A DNA stretch of 64,000 nucleotides, taken from Macrostomum lignano. Its lineage: Eukaryota. The stretch is taken from NCBI GenBank assembly GCA_002269645.1, contig NIVC01003725.1:1-64000 (forward strand). Direction: 5' to 3'. Position numbers and translations under genes: made by a program. The notes beneath the pieces were generated by a model, which was not told where the DNA came from, searched no databases, and saw only the letters and a list, made by a program, of their open reading frames with translations. Below are positions 1-13,147 of this stretch, piece by piece (the stretch's first letter is position 1; each line of letters opens with the position of its first letter).

Positions 1-1244
1 CCTGTTAGTAGTAAAATTTGAATCTTTCTTTTGTTCCCAATTAAAGTCCTTGTGATAAATTGATAGAATAGGAGTCAGTAATCTCACCCCAAACAGATTT
101 TGGTGTCAGCAATAGGAAAACTTCCCTCCCCCAAGACCCTGTAACACTATAAAAACTATAGATTCAACAGTTAACACTACTGCAATAATAATACATATAG
201 AATATTGCTAAAATAAATAAAAGAATACAACTATCACCGGCGCCACCAGCATGCATACAAGATAGGGAAATACAATACTTGTACATATTCTTCTTTAAAT
301 TACACAGTCACACTTTGACTTAAAAAGTTGCAAAAGTTTATAGACTAAAGCTACTTGTTTATAGATAGAACATCTATAAGCTAGATTTGACAAAATTTTA
401 TACCAAGAATCTCAATCTCAATAATTATAAAATTATTACTATATCAAATAAAATATTATACAATAATCATTCATGGCCTAGGCATTACGCCTAGCTAAAG
501 AGCAAGTGAAATATACAAGACAAAGTAAAGAAAAGGAATGACAAGATAGACCTATAATATAAAAATGTAGCTAAATTGTGAATATATAAAATTCTTTGGC
601 ATTTTAAACATTTAAATAAACTAATTGTATTGTAACTTTTAAGTAGGCCCTAACTAGACAATTCCAGATTTAATTCCATTGCGCTAGAATCCCTAGAACT
701 CTCAAGTCTATCTGTCGACTGTCTTACACGACTTACAGTGACAGACAAGTGTCATTCGAGTGCGCAAGGGTATACACTCTACTCTATGGCCGACAGACCA
801 ATAATTTTTTAATGATTTGAAATTTGAAGCATAAAAAGCAATAGGGCCGGCCTACATGTAATAGGTTGAAGGCTGAGAAAATCAAAGCTAGCTTATCGGT
901 TCGATTCGAAGAAAAGCAGCAGATAAAGCAGAAAAGCAATAAAAAGCAAGTAAACCTGTTTGTGCAACTAGCTCATTATAAAATATTGAATAAATTTAAG
1001 TGAAATACATCTGCACTTTTATGTAAAATCTGTAAGATAAGTCATCATAAGTGTGAATTTTTGTTTTACAGTTCTAAAGTGCTATATTTTAAGTTTTGTT
1101 TTCAAGGAAACAGATTTTTAATCCAGGAAATTTTTTATCTGTAGGAGTTATGATCTAGGAAGGAGGAAGAGGCAAAAGTAGTTTAAAGAGTCTAATCATC
1201 TAGACGTGATTTATATATATATAGCTGCTTTATTTTATACCATT

Positions 1245-1284
1245 ATGACTTCAAAGGATGACGAATATGACTATCTTTTCAAAG
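1245..1284 (+). CDS. Rab11: Rab11 small GTPase, exon 1 (MTSKDDEYDYLFK; phase-1 donor AAAG|GTACAT)
   Basis: DEYDYLFK is the Rab11 N-terminus. Phase matches the acceptor at 2689-2690. Confidence 0.9.
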
Positions 1285-1328
1285 GTACATTCTTTATTTT
1301 GAAATATGATATATTTTTTCCCTTCCTG

Positions 1329-1511
1329 CAGTGGCGTACGCAGAATTTTCCATTGAAGGGGGCGCCAACAGACCAGGGGAGTATCGTCCATCTGCACCGA
1401 CAAGTTGCAAAATAAAGGACATTTTTAGGGTTCTCTCTGGCTAGTCGCCTCTGGCAAGACCTCCATCAGTCACCCCCTAGGTAATAGGGGGGGGGGGCTG
1501 CGTAGCCACCG
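1329..1511. mobile_element. hAT-like MITE (183 bp) in Rab11 intron 1
   Basis: Left end CAGTGGCGTACGCAG, right end CTGCGTA-GCCACCG (imperfect inverted repeat). Flanks CCTTCCTG / CCTTCCTA match 7 of 8 as a TSD. Confidence 0.65.
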
Positions 1512-1918
1512 CCTTCCTAGCCTATTTGAGTCCTGAATTCTGGTTCATCCATGTCTCGGAATTAAGTTAACATTTTTTCCCTACCCATAACCGTTATCTT
1601 TCAATTTGCACTCACCCATTTTAATGATAATGATTTTTGTTAGTGAATCCATGCCACCCAATAGATTGTGGTTTGATTTTAGTTCTAAATATGCTACAAT
1701 TTCATGATGAAATGAAACTTACCTATATTTTATCTGATTTGTCTCTATTAGACACAAGACTAAATGATAAAAAAGTTTTTATTTTGATTTAAACTTCTAT
1801 CTATATAATTAACTAGTTTTATATTTTTATAATTCTTATACAATTAACCTTAAATTCTTCGACCAAAGCAATACATATATAATCCTTTGAAATTCAAAGA
1901 TATATATTAATCTACATA

Positions 1919-1926
<8 letters not shown>

Positions 1927-1975
<49 letters not shown>

Positions 1976-2445
1976 TAACACACGCTGGCGCAGGGGTTAG
2001 CAAAGCACCCATTGGTGGAAAACAGCTGTCCAGCCTAGCTACAGACTAAGAGGTAAGGCCCAGAGCCTGCAAGTCAGTGAGAAGAGTGTCAGTCAGAGTG
2101 GTGCAGCATGCCTGGCCCTGGTGGAGTCTCCCACAAGGCAGGCTAAGTAGTAGGTCAGCGAGTGGGGCCTGGTGCCTCGTGTGTGGGCCCACAGGCAGTG
2201 GCTGCAGCCCCACATCTGGCGCTGCCTCTGCAAAGTGCGACCAGGGGCGGCATGTGGGTCTGGACTGTCAGCTCAGCATTGCTCACGCGCTTGGGAACTG
2301 GATACCCAGGGCATTGCGCAGGAGGTGATGATGGCAGGCCTCCAAGCTCGCCTCACGAGTGGCAGTCATGGGGATGGCTTCCAGCCTGTAGGTCAGCACC
2401 TGTGGTGGAAGAGTCAACTGCCTCTTCCACTTGGCAGTTGAGATT
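1927..2445 (-). mobile_element. 5'-truncated, decayed RTE-like non-LTR retrotransposon 3' end with (TAA)n tail
   Basis: GC-rich island in an AT-rich intron. Minus-strand frames read LTYRLEAIPMT..LEACHHHLLRNALGIQFP / RVSNAEL..MPPL / DLLLSLP.GRLHQGQ..LTDLQALGL, resembling the post-RT C-terminus of RTE ORFs. The (TAA)n run follows immediately at 1927-1975. Confidence 0.75.
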
Positions 2446-2690
2446 TTTTTATAGAAGTGATAATATAGCAAAAATCATTTCCTTAATAAGTACAAAATGC
2501 TATTTATCTTTTCTACTCATTTAATAGCATTTATTATTAAAAATTACAAAACCATAAGTATTATTCTCTAGATCTTTATTGTTGTTTACTTATTTTCAAT
2601 TGTTACCATTTTTATATTATTATAAGATTTAATACTGCATATGGGTATTGTGGAATCCCCCTAAATACAAATATCAACTTTCCATTTTAG

Positions 2691-2865
2691 TTGTCCTGAT
2701 AGGCGACTCTGGAGTTGGCAAGTCCAACCTGCTCAGCAGATTCACTCGCAATGAGTTCAACCTGGAGTCCAAGTCCACCATTGGTGTAGAGTTTGCTACC
2801 CGCAGCATCCGGGTTAATGGCAAAGTTGTGAAGAGCCAAATCTGGGACACTGCTGGGCAGGAGAG
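2691..2865 (+). CDS. Rab11: Rab11 exon 2 (P-loop GDSGVGKS, switch [19 protein letters not shown])
   Basis: Canonical Rab11 motifs. Acceptor TTTTAG|, donor GAGAG|GTGAAT, phase 2. Confidence 0.97.
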
Positions 2866-3044
2866 GTGAATACACAAGTTCTGTGTCAAACGTTTAAGAC
2901 CTGGCTTCAAGAGTTGAATATTTGATTTGAACAACCATAGTCAACGTCATTGTAAGAGAATCAGGTGCAAGGGAATCTGCTTTGCCAGCGGGGCAATGAG
3001 TCCCAGCTCCCAGTTACTGAACAAAATATTTTTAGTGTCAGTTT

Positions 3045-4025
3045 AGCACCGTTTAGTGCCACAGGCAAGAGTTTAGCGCCAAAGACAAGAGTTTAGCGCC
3101 ACAGGCAAGAGTTTAGCGCCACAGACAAGAGTTTAGTGCCACAGGCAAGAGTTTAGCGCCACAGACAAGAGTTTAGTGCCACAGGCAAGAGTTTAGCGCC
3201 ACAGGCAAGAGTTTAGTAGTGCCACAGGCAAGAGTTTAGTGCCACAGGCAAGAGGCGAGTTTAGAGCCACAGCCAAGAGTTTAGCTCCACAGGCAAGAGT
3301 TTAGCGCCACAGGCAAGAGTTTAGCGCCACAGGCAAGAGTTTAGCGCCACAGGCAAGAGTTTAGCGCCACAGGCAAGAGTTTAGTGCCACAGGCAAGAGT
3401 TTAGCGCCAAAGTCAAGAGTTTAGCGCCACAGACAAGAGTTTAGCGCCACAGGCAAGAGTTTAGTAGTGCCACAGGCAAGAGTTTAGCGCCACAGCCAAG
3501 AGTTTAGCTCCACAGGCAAGAGTTTAGCGCCACAGGCGAGTTTAGCGCCACAGGCAAGAGTTTAGCTCTACAGGCAAGAGGCGAGTTTAGCGCCACAGCC
3601 AAGAGTTTAGCTCCACAGGCAAGAGTTTAGCGCCACAGCCAAGAGTTTAGCTCCACAGGCAAGAGTTTAGCGCCACAGGCAAGAGTTTAGCGCCACAGGC
3701 AAGAGTTTAGCGCCACAGGCAAGAGTTTAGCTCCACAGGCAAGAGTTTAGTAGTGCCACAGGCAAGAGTTTAGCGCCACAGCCAAGAGTTTAGCTCCACA
3801 GGCAAGAGTTTAGCGCCACAGGCGAGTTTAGCGCCACAGGCAAGAGTTTAGCTCCACAGGCAAGAGTTTAGCGCCACAGGCAAGAGTTTAGCGCCACAGG
3901 CAAGAGTTTAGTGCCACAGGCAAGAGTTTAGCACCACAGGCAAGAGTTTAGCGCCACAGACAAGAGTTTAGCACCACAGGCAAGAGTTTAGCGCCACAGA
4001 CAAGAGTTTAGCGCCACAGACAAGA
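3045..4025. repeat. 20-bp minisatellite GCAAGAGTTTAGCGCCACAG (about 48 copies), Rab11 intron 2
   Basis: Direct tandem periodicity. Confidence 0.95.
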
Positions 4026-4685
4026 TTTTATCTTCTGAATTCCGAATTTGTATTCCTACATGTTACCATCAACATTTGCTGTTGAAAGTTGTAAGAATTA
4101 TTTTCAAGGTCAGGGAATACTTGGCTACGCCACTGGACAGACCTTCGGTTACCTTTCACAAAGGGAGGTTTTTTCCTGCGATTTCGATCTCCTTCGCGCA
4201 TCAGAAAATGTCTGTCTTGGCTATAATTAACAGCTTTGCAATGGTACAAGTATAGCCCAGCTATCCAGTGCATTGGCTCTGTGCTAGCAGGTGCCGGTTG
4301 AGCTGTTCAAGTGTCCCAGACAAATAGGCGGGTTGGCGCAGTGCAATCTGCATTTTCTACGCTCGGCGCGCTGCTGTTGCTTTGCTAGTTAGGTTGGAGA
4401 GATGGGGAGTCAGGGCAGGCCCGTAAGTTCGAGTGTTTTATAATTAGCAACTTAATTGGCTTGAAAAATCTGATTTGGCCTTGGTATGCCTTCTTGCCGG
4501 AGCTAGCTTGAGCTGACGCCGGTGTGTGGAGTAAAGAGCTTTAGTCACGGACAGTTTCTAGCTTTAGTATACATGTACATGCATTCCCTGGTCCACCGAT
4601 AGCACTATCAGATTTTGTATAGTGCTAAGACTTCAGACACAGAAACAGACTGCAGACACGGAACCGATAATTTGCATACCGAAGT

Positions 4686-5278
4686 CAAGAATCCAGATCC
4701 TAAATCCAAGAATCCAGATTCCGAATCCAAGAATCCAGATCCCAAATCCAAGAATCCAGATTCCGAATCCAAGAATCCAGATCCCAAATCCACAAATCCA
4801 GATCACAAATCCTAGAATCCAGATCCCAAATCCACAAATCCAGATCCCAAATCCTAGAATCCAGATCCCAAATCCTAGAATCCAGATTCCAAATCCTAGA
4901 ATCCAGATCCCAAATCCAGAAATCCAGATCACAAATCCTAGAATACAGATCCCAAATCCAAGAATCCAGATCCCAAATCCAAGAATCCAGATCCCAAATC
5001 CAAGAATCCAGATCCCAAATCCAAGAATCCAGATCCCAAATTCAAGAATCCAGATCCCAAATTCAAGAATCCAGATCCCAAATCCAAGAATCCAGATCCC
5101 AAATCCAAGAATCCAGATCCCAAATCTATAAATCCAGATCCCAAATCCAAGAATCCAGGTCCCAAATCCAAGAATCCAGATCCCAAATCCACGAATCTAG
5201 ATCCCAAATCCAAGAATCCATATCCCAAATCCTAGAATACAGATCCCAAATCCAAGAATCCAGATCCTAAATCCAACA
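4686..5278. repeat. 21-bp minisatellite AAGAATCCAGATCCCAAATCC, Rab11 intron 2
   Basis: Tandem periodicity. Explains the IQIPNPR-type ORFs. Confidence 0.95.
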
Positions 5279-5345
5279 ATCCGGTTCTCGAATAAAAAAT
5301 ACCCAGTTGAACAGTTTGCGCTCCCATTTGCACCTATCAATCAAG

Positions 5346-5641
5346 GTACCGCGCCATCACTTCCGCCTACTACCGCGGCGCCGTGGGCGCCCTGCTGGTG
5401 TACGACATCGCCAAGCACGAGACATTCGAGAGCTGCGACCGCTGGCTGCGGGAGCTCCGCGACCACGCCGACCCCGCTACCGTGGTTGCCCTGGTTGGCA
5501 ACAAGTGCGACCTGCGCCACCTGCGCGCTGTCCCGGCCGACGAGGCGCAAGCCTTCGCCGAGCGGAACAACCTCAGCTTTATGGAGACCAGCGCCCTGGA
5601 TGCCACTAACGTTGAGGAGGCGTTTGTGCAGATTCTCACAG
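5346..5641 (+). CDS. Rab11: Rab11 exon 3 ([31 protein letters not shown])
   Basis: Continues ER|YR in phase. G4 and G5 motifs present. Donor ACAG|GTGAGA. Confidence 0.97.
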
Positions 5642-5796
5642 GTGAGACTGTTGGATGCTTGAGTCCTGCTGAGTCATTTGGAGTCCACTCGGCTGTAATT
5701 GGAATCCGGCGTGTTGCCATGGATATTCGCTGTCAATATCGGGATAAAATTTTTAATATTTTGATTATATACAGTAAATAGAACCTTTTCAGTAGT

Positions 5797-5960
5797 CATT
5801 AGCCATTAGAATCCTCCCCAAAGTCATTAGCATCCTCCATAAAGCCATTAGAATCCTCTCCAAAGTCATTAGCATCCTCCATAAAGCCATTAGAATCCTC
5901 CCCAAAGTCATTTGAATCTTCCCCAAAGTCATTAGAATCCTTTATAAAGTCATTAGAATC
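5797..5960. repeat. Degenerate 21-bp repeat (AAAGTCATTAGAATCCTCCCC), Rab11 intron 3
   Basis: About 7 copies visible. Confidence 0.85.
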
Positions 5961-5971
5961 CGCTGCCAGCA

Positions 5972-6456
5972 GATGACCCCAAACGACCCCTAAATGACCC
6001 CAGTTGACCCCAACTGACCACCAAATGACCCCAGTTGACCCCAAATGACCACCAAATGACCCCAGTTGACCCCAAATGACCACCAAATGACCCCAGTTGA
6101 CCCCAAATGACCACCAAATGACCCCAGTTGACCCCAACTGACCACAAAATGACCCAAGTTGACCCCAAATGACCACCAAATGACCCCAGTTGACCCCAAC
6201 TGACCACCAAATGACCCCAGTTGACCCCAAATGACCACCAAATGACCCCAGTTGACCCCAAATGACCACCAAATGACCCCAGTTGACCCCAACTGACCAC
6301 CAAATGACCCCAGTTGACCCCAAATAACCACAAAATGACCCAAGTTGACCCCAAATGACCACCAAATGACCCCAGTTGACCCCAACTGACCACCAAATGA
6401 CCCCAGTTGACCCCAAATGACCACAAAATGACCCCAGTTGACCCCAAATGACCCCA
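5972..6456. repeat. 31-bp minisatellite AAATGACCCCAGTTGACCCCAAATGACCACC abutting the Rab11 exon 4 acceptor
   Basis: Tandem periodicity. Ends within a few bp of the AG at 6461-6462. Confidence 0.95.
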
Positions 6457-6462
6457 AACCAG

Positions 6463-6605
6463 GCATCTACCGCATCGCGAGCGCCAGACAGCTCCGGGAT
6501 GACAACGCGGGCCACGGGGCCCTGCCGCAGCAGCGCTCCACCGTCAGCCTGGGCGCGGGCGCTGCCCAGCAATCGCAGAGCTCCAAGAAGTCTTGCTGCT
6601 CCTAG
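6463..6605 (+). CDS. Rab11: Rab11 exon 4 (IYRIASARQ...KKSCCS*); spliced CDS 654 nt = 217 aa
   Basis: Phase-1 acceptor AAACCAG|GC. Ends in a di-cysteine prenylation motif (CCS*). Exon lengths 40+175+296+143 sum to a multiple of 3. Confidence 0.9.
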
Positions 6606-7779
6606 AAGACGATGCCGTCTGTGCCAGATTATTTTCGCAAAGCTCGTGAAAATCTCTGACTTGGCTAGTTGAGTTGGACTTAACAATTTCTAGTACAATT
6701 TTGGTTGGAACAGACTGGAGGTAGAGCTTGGAGTGAGTATTCCATAGATTTCTGTATACTGGTTCAAACTGCTCTATATTACTTATATACTGCTTAAAAG
6801 ACAGTTTCAGTAGAGAGTTAGGCATTGTCAATAGTGCAATGTGTTTGCTATTCATTCTTGGAACTAATTATATTATTATTTAGCTCTGCTCTGCTCTGTC
6901 TCAAAGAATCCAATGAGAATTTACTCTTGAGTTTAACTCCTATTTTCTTACAATATGTTTTATTCTTAATTTTTTAATAGCAGACTTTCACTGCAGTCTT
7001 TTGTTGGTTTTAATCTCTGCTCTTCACTCCTACTAGTTACAGTAGTCAGATGCGGGTCCATTGTGCTAAAAACTCTGGCTCTTGGATTACTAGTTTTAAA
7101 TGCTTCACAGTGTCTGGCGTTGCCTTAGCTGCTTTTCTAGGCAATTTTTCCCATCGATTCTGAGTGCTAATTTGAGCACCAGTTTGAGCACCTGTTGTGA
7201 GCGCTCAATTGCACTTCTGCGGACATATTTATCTAAGAAATAATTGAGTCACACTACTTACATTAGTAATATAAATGGCTATGTTCGGCCATCTATTCAA
7301 GAAAGCTTCTTTTTTTCACTGATGCTTTATATTGCTTTAGCTGCGTTCCAATCATTCGGAAATATAATAAGCAAATGTATTTCATCATTTTTATGCAGTT
7401 GTCAAAGAGGGCATCCTAGACTGTGAATTTTATTTATTTTCTATGCTGTTGGCTGCGGTTAGTGCGCTGTTGAACTAGTTTGTCTCTCTGTGATAGGGTA
7501 GCGCCTCCCCCCTAACAGTACACAATCACAGCGGCTGTGCCGTTGGCTGCACACCTGCCCACTTAAGGTTTTTTTCTGTTTCTATATTAGATTGCACAAT
7601 AATTTAGGTTTAGGGTAGAAAATAAATTTAGGGAGTTGTAGAGATCATCTACTGATAAGTAGAAAGTATAGAATTGTAGCGCTAAAAGCTTGCACGGCGG
7701 GAAAAATTTTAATGGTCGAAATATAGCATTTTGGTCTACAGGGACAGAAACAGATCATGTTAGTACCAGTTGGATTTGG

Positions 7780-8490
7780 ATGTACTTTATACCACTTGAG
7801 AGTCCCTCCGAGCTGACTTCCCTTCTTGCACTTCAGAGTCGCAAGTCGCAGTCGCAGCAGCAGCCGGAGACACACGGCTGCGGCGGCGGCGGCGGGGGCG
7901 GTGGCGGCAGCCCCGACGACCTGCAGAAGCGTCGCGCCCACTCGCAGTCGGAGCAGCGCCGTCGCAACTCCATCAAGGCCGCCTACGCCGAATTGGCCGC
8001 CCTGACTGGCGGCAGCAGCGCCGAGGAGCCGGCCTTCGGCTCTGGAGAGGCGCCTTTGTCTCCGGCTGGGCGGGCGAGCCGGGCGGCCACCCTTCAGGCG
8101 GCCATCAGCCACTTTGAGGCGCTGATGCGCCAGCGCGATCAGCTCGATAGACAGCTGGCCGCCCTGCGCAAACAGACGGAAGCTGCGCGCCTCATCAATC
8201 GAGTTTATCAGCGCCGGGTCAGCCGAGACGGCGGCCAGTCAGCCGCCGGAGCGAGCGCGGACGCTGCCAAGCTGGCCGTCTTCCGGCACGTCGCGGACCA
8301 TCTGGCCGGCTCCTTTGCTAGCCGGCTGGGCGCCACCGCCGACTGCGGCAGCCTGCTGGACGGCGTCCTGGACTGGCTGGACGACTGCTGCTCGCCCGGC
8401 CAGCTGGCCGCCCTCGGCGAGGAGGCCGTGGCGCGGCACCTGGCAACCCCTCGGCCAGTGTCGAGTAGCAACGGAGAGGCCAGTCGCTAA
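7780..8490 (+). CDS. MLX: MLX (Max-like protein X / Bigmax) bHLH-Zip transcription factor; 5' end uncertain (ATG 7780, or splice acceptor at 7835-7836)
   Basis: Basic region RRAHSQSEQRRRNSIK with the H-E-R E-box contacts, helix 2 SRAATLQAAISH and a zipper. C-terminal KLAVFRHVADHLAGSF..VLDWLDDCCSPGQL resembles the MLX/Mondo DCD domain. Confidence 0.85.
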   Translation: MYFIPLESPSELTSLLALQSRKSQSQQQPETHGCGGGGGGGGGSPDDLQKRRAHSQSEQRRRNSIKAAYAELAALTGGSSAEEPAFGSGEAPLSPAGRASRAATLQAAISHFEALMRQRDQLDRQLAALRKQTEAARLINRVYQRRVSRDGGQSAAGASADAAKLAVFRHVADHLAGSFASRLGATADCGSLLDGVLDWLDDCCSPGQLAALGEEAVARHLATPRPVSSSNGEASR

Positions 8491-10360
8491 AATTGATGAC
8501 AGGTCTTTCCTACATAAGCTCTCCCACATTGGCTCTTCCCAAGTGGGCTCGGCATTTTACCAGTTTACAATGCAATATAGACGCATTCATAACTAACTTT
8601 TCCCGTTTGATTGGTCGCTGTGTTGCATGTAAATTACAATCGAAACCATTAGATTGTTCTATTCATGTCGTAGTGGGAAAATGCTTTTTTTATTTGATTT
8701 ACCATTAAAAATGAATCTGTCAGCTCTACTGCATGCAATATTAACGCGGCTTTTCTACTTCCGGTGCTTCCATTATCTTTAACAAACAGTCTTCATTGAC
8801 AGCAGTTTCAAAATTATTTGAATAAAAGCAGAAAACTTTTTGGCAGGTTTGAAGTCCTGTCAATTAGCATTTAATTGCTTGCATGCTCTGCATGTGCACT
8901 CTTGCACGGTTTTTTATCTCTTATAAGTTAAGATTGGTCCTACATGTAGCTTTTATAACGGGCGGGGGAGCGTAGGCCAAGGCCATAGCCCCCAAACCCG
9001 GCTTGATCCACCGGCCCAACAAGAGCGAGGATAAGGAGAGAGACAGCATAGCAGCATAGCGCTACGATATGTATCTAGATAAGTATTTGTACCTTCAATT
9101 GAGTAAGGCATTATTATTATTACGTTATTGTAAACATCAGATTCACTTTATGAAAGTCAAGATAATGAGAGAATTGAACATGGAGCCACTGGGCCAGACC
9201 AATGCAACAATATACGGTACCGTACATCACACGAAAGCTTAAAAGACACGCCCGGAAAACATGTAAAAATATGTGCTAGATAGGACTAAATGAACCTGTA
9301 AACTATGCAATGTAATCTGCATCAAGAAATGTTAAGCAACGTTTATACCCGGCCGCCACTCCAGTACGTATGGCAACATTTTCTTGATTACACGGCTAGT
9401 ACATATATTTTGCATTGCATTATATATCAATCGTGCGATATGATGACTCATTTTGGCTTATATTGGGCCTTAAAGCCTTAAATATACTTTTCGAAATGTT
9501 TTGAAAAAAATAATGAAACTGTCTACCGCAATTGTCGAATTAAGGTTTAAATGATTCCAAGCCGAAAAATTTAATTCCTTCATCTTAACTCAGGATTGCA
9601 GCGAGAATTTTATCTTAAAATTAAAACGTTATATTTATTAGCAAGTCTTTTCTAGTTTTAAAGATTAGTCAGTTAATTTTTTCTAAAACCGAGTCTAATC
9701 GTTTTTTATCTCTAACAAGCAAACCCTTTGTTTATTCCTTTTAAACTGCAACATCTTAACTCGGAATTTTCGAGGAACTGAATCAAGAAAATATAAATTT
9801 AAGTTAAGCTAACTTATTAGTGCAAACACTAGTTTGGTGAAAGTAATAGCAACTAATAAAATGATATCGTTTATAACTATTCGAGGAAAAGCGAGCCCTA
9901 TATTCAAGAGTTTGTGTTGTCGGCTTCATAAATCAAACCAAATACCGATCCAATGGCATTGCCATCTCCATCAAAAGCAACTTCTCAAACAAATTGGTCT
10001 CACTTATACTGGATACAATAAGAGTCCTCAATATCGTTGTAAGTTAAAATAAGTTTATAAACATGTTAAAAGTTAGTTTTTTACCTCAATGGTATTATTA
10101 ATAGAAATATGTTGACTCCTATTAGCTGTAGGTTGGTTGTCTCATATCCACTCATTGTCCATTGATAATAAGACTTAAGACTAAGTAAGAGCCATGTTTT
10201 TGCAAGTTTTCTCTTGGAAATATATTGTAAGTATATTTAAAGTAAAATTCGACTATATTTTAAGATTTAGTAAAAATAGCTTAATTTGAACCATTAAAAT
10301 GCTAAGCTATTTTCTCAATATTAAAACAAGTTAAATATTTGTTAGGATTATGTAGACATG

Positions 10361-11478
10361 CCAGGATGGAATTCTTGCACCCCCACTCCCGAATCTTACA
10401 TATACGCCGGAAAATTCCGGCATACAGTAGACCTGAAAATATGCTTGGCGTATAACATCCGGCGTAACACAACAGCTATGCCAATTGTGCACCACTGCGC
10501 CGGCGTATCGGTGTCTGGCGCAGATGTCTGGCGTGGCAGTAGACATATAAAATGATGTATTCACATATTGTATGTTCAATTGACGTACAAAAAATGTTTA
10601 AAAATGTTTTTACAAACAAAATGTTAAAACAAAATACAAAACAAGAAACACTATACAACAGTTACTATTTATTTATTCTCAGATTTTTGTGTTTATTAAA
10701 GTAAAAGGTAATTTTACTCAAAAAGAAAAGGGACCTAAAATGTGAGTTTCAATTTAGCGTAACGTTGCAATTTTGTTCCGGCGTACATATCATGTACAAA
10801 ATTTTTTTCTGGCATAAACTTAAATTTATGGCGTAAGGGGTCATTTTTTCCGGCGTACCATACAACAGATTCGAAAAGTGTGGTCTTGCACAAAAGTTGT
10901 TACACGTTTGTGCATGCTTGTCATATTTGTGCGCGCTTGCATGCTGAAAAGGAGTGGTACTTGCGTGCTCTTAAAGAAGGTGTGTGCATGCTCCATTGTA
11001 TGCGCTTGCAAAGAAGCTGTTTGCTGCAGAATCAAAGACAGGATTTGACTTTTACATGCATTCAACATGGTTAGGCCTATGTGCCATGTAGTGTATACAC
11101 ACTCAAGTTCTCCTACTTTTCATAGTCTGGAAGGTTGTTTTTGCCAGAAAATTTTAAACAAAAGTAAAATAAAGAATAATAGTTTTTAGCAAAAACAGTT
11201 ACTTTAAAGTTCAGTGAAACTCCTATAATTTTTAAAGAATATTTTCTCTAAAAAGTATAGTGTTCAAGCTACCTTACACTTAAAGTACAAATTTCTAATT
11301 TACATCGGCATAAGAATTGAAAAACTAGAAATTTCATTTTTAGCCCATGGGCCATGATCTGCATTATGACTTTTTTTATAGCTGGCTTGCATGCTTGTGC
11401 GCTGCTCCAAAAACTTGCGCGCTGCTCCAAAAACTTGCGCGCGCATTTTCCTACCCCCGAGCAAGAATTCCATCCTGC
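10361..11478. mobile_element. Non-autonomous DNA transposon (hAT-like), about 1.1 kb
   Basis: 17-bp perfect inverted repeat CAGGATGGAATTCTTGC (10362-10378 / 11461-11477). Direct flanks TAGACATG at 10353-10360 and 11479-11486. Many subterminal CCGGCGTA-like motifs. No transposase ORF. Confidence 0.8.
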
Positions 11479-12517
11479 TAGACATGCTATTAGAAATTTG
11501 ACATTTTGATGTCTATGCTTTTTGATAAGCAATCCAATTTTAACTTTAGTAGCCATATCTAATCTTAGTTTGTAGTTTATTCTTTAAAAGTATATACAAT
11601 ACAGTTACAATAAATTAAGAACAATTACTAAACTAAAGTCTATACTAGGAAAATGTTACATTTTTGCTATTTAAAAAAAAAAATTTTTAATCTATGTTGC
11701 TCACTTAGCTCTACTTAGAAACTTAAATATTGGTAAATTTTAGTCCAATATTGAAAAAGTAAAGAAGGGATTGGCTTTTATTTAGATAAAATATTAGTTC
11801 TAAAGCAAAATAAGGAAATTTCTTGCCTTGGTTATATTATTTATGATTTATTTTGGCTAATATTTTTTGTAAGACATTTTTGTTGGTTTTTAATAAAAAA
11901 ACAAAAAATGTAACCTTCACTAAGTCTTTAATAAATCTATTAGGTCTTAGTAGAGGTAAAGATAAATTCCTAATCCTCAAATGATCCTATATGATCTCTA
12001 GTGTTTAGTGTAGTTTATTAAATGTCCTCTTTATTTTAAAATTTTATAAAACATATTTCCTAGATCTATAAATGCTTTTTTAAGTTAATAGAAAGAATAA
12101 GTAGTGCACCTACTAGCTTGATGCTAGTGCCAGATGTCTCAATATGCTACATTGTGTTGTATGCTATATGTATTAGAAGATGTTATTCTTGTGATGCAGA
12201 AAGTAGTGGGGTAACTTTGCCTTGCCATGGCCTCTGCAATGGAGTTGAACACAACTAGCATAAGCATACTGCATGGCCACCCTGTACTAGAGGTCACACT
12301 GCACTAAGAAATGCCTCTGGGAGAGATAGGAATCACAAATTTAACAGATGACTGGGAGCAAATTTTTTTCTAGAAAATGATTAAATGATTAAATTTGTCC
12401 AAAAAGGTGCCAGTAGGATATGATGCAACCATATAGAAATCCGACTCGAACTCTGTAACAGCCTCGCCCTCACAAATTCTAACAATCCGCTACTCCGCCC
12501 CCCCCCCAACTGCACAG

Positions 12518-13147
12518 ACTCCACCAGCGTGCGCATGCCCTCCTTGTCTCCCACAATGTCCGAGGGCACCATTGTGAAGTGGCACAAAGCCGAGGGCGAT
12601 ACGGTGCAGCCCGGCGACATTCTGTGCGACATTCAAACCGACAAGGCGGTCGTGTCCTTCGAATTTGACGACGAAGGCGTCCTGGCCCGGGTGCTCCGCG
12701 CCGACGGCTCCGCCGGCTCAGTTGGCGACGTCATCGCCGTTATGGCCGACCCCGGCGAGGACTGGCAAGCCGTGGCTTCAGAGGCCGCCAAGCTGGCCAC
12801 TGCAGCCGATAAGCCGCCCTCTGCCGCTGCCCCGCCTTCACCTTCGCCTTCAACATCGTCGACGCCGCCACTATCGTCAACAGCCTCGCCGCCTCGCCGC
12901 ATCGGCCCGGCCGCCCAGCTGCTCATTCGGCTGCATCGCCTGACCCCTGCCGACCTGCGCGCCACCGGGCCGCACGGCACCCTGCTGAAGTCAGACGTTC
13001 TCGCCCAGGTCAAATCCGCTCCGCCTGCTGCCGTAGCTGCTGCCGCTTCCGCCCCGTCTGCAGGGGTTGCCGCTGTCCCCGCCACCCCTGCCGCTGTCCC
13101 CGCCGCCCCTGCCGCTGTCCCCGGCGCCCCGCCGCTGACTCCGCCAG
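12518..13147 (+). CDS. PDHX: PDHX / E3-binding protein, 5' coding segment (lipoyl domain plus E3-binding domain); 3' boundary unresolved; presequence exon not located
   Basis: MPSLSPTMSEGTIVKW..IQTDKA lipoyl motif, then GPAA..L..ATGPHGTLLKSDV subunit-binding motif. Acceptor CACAG| at 12516-12517. Confidence 0.88.
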
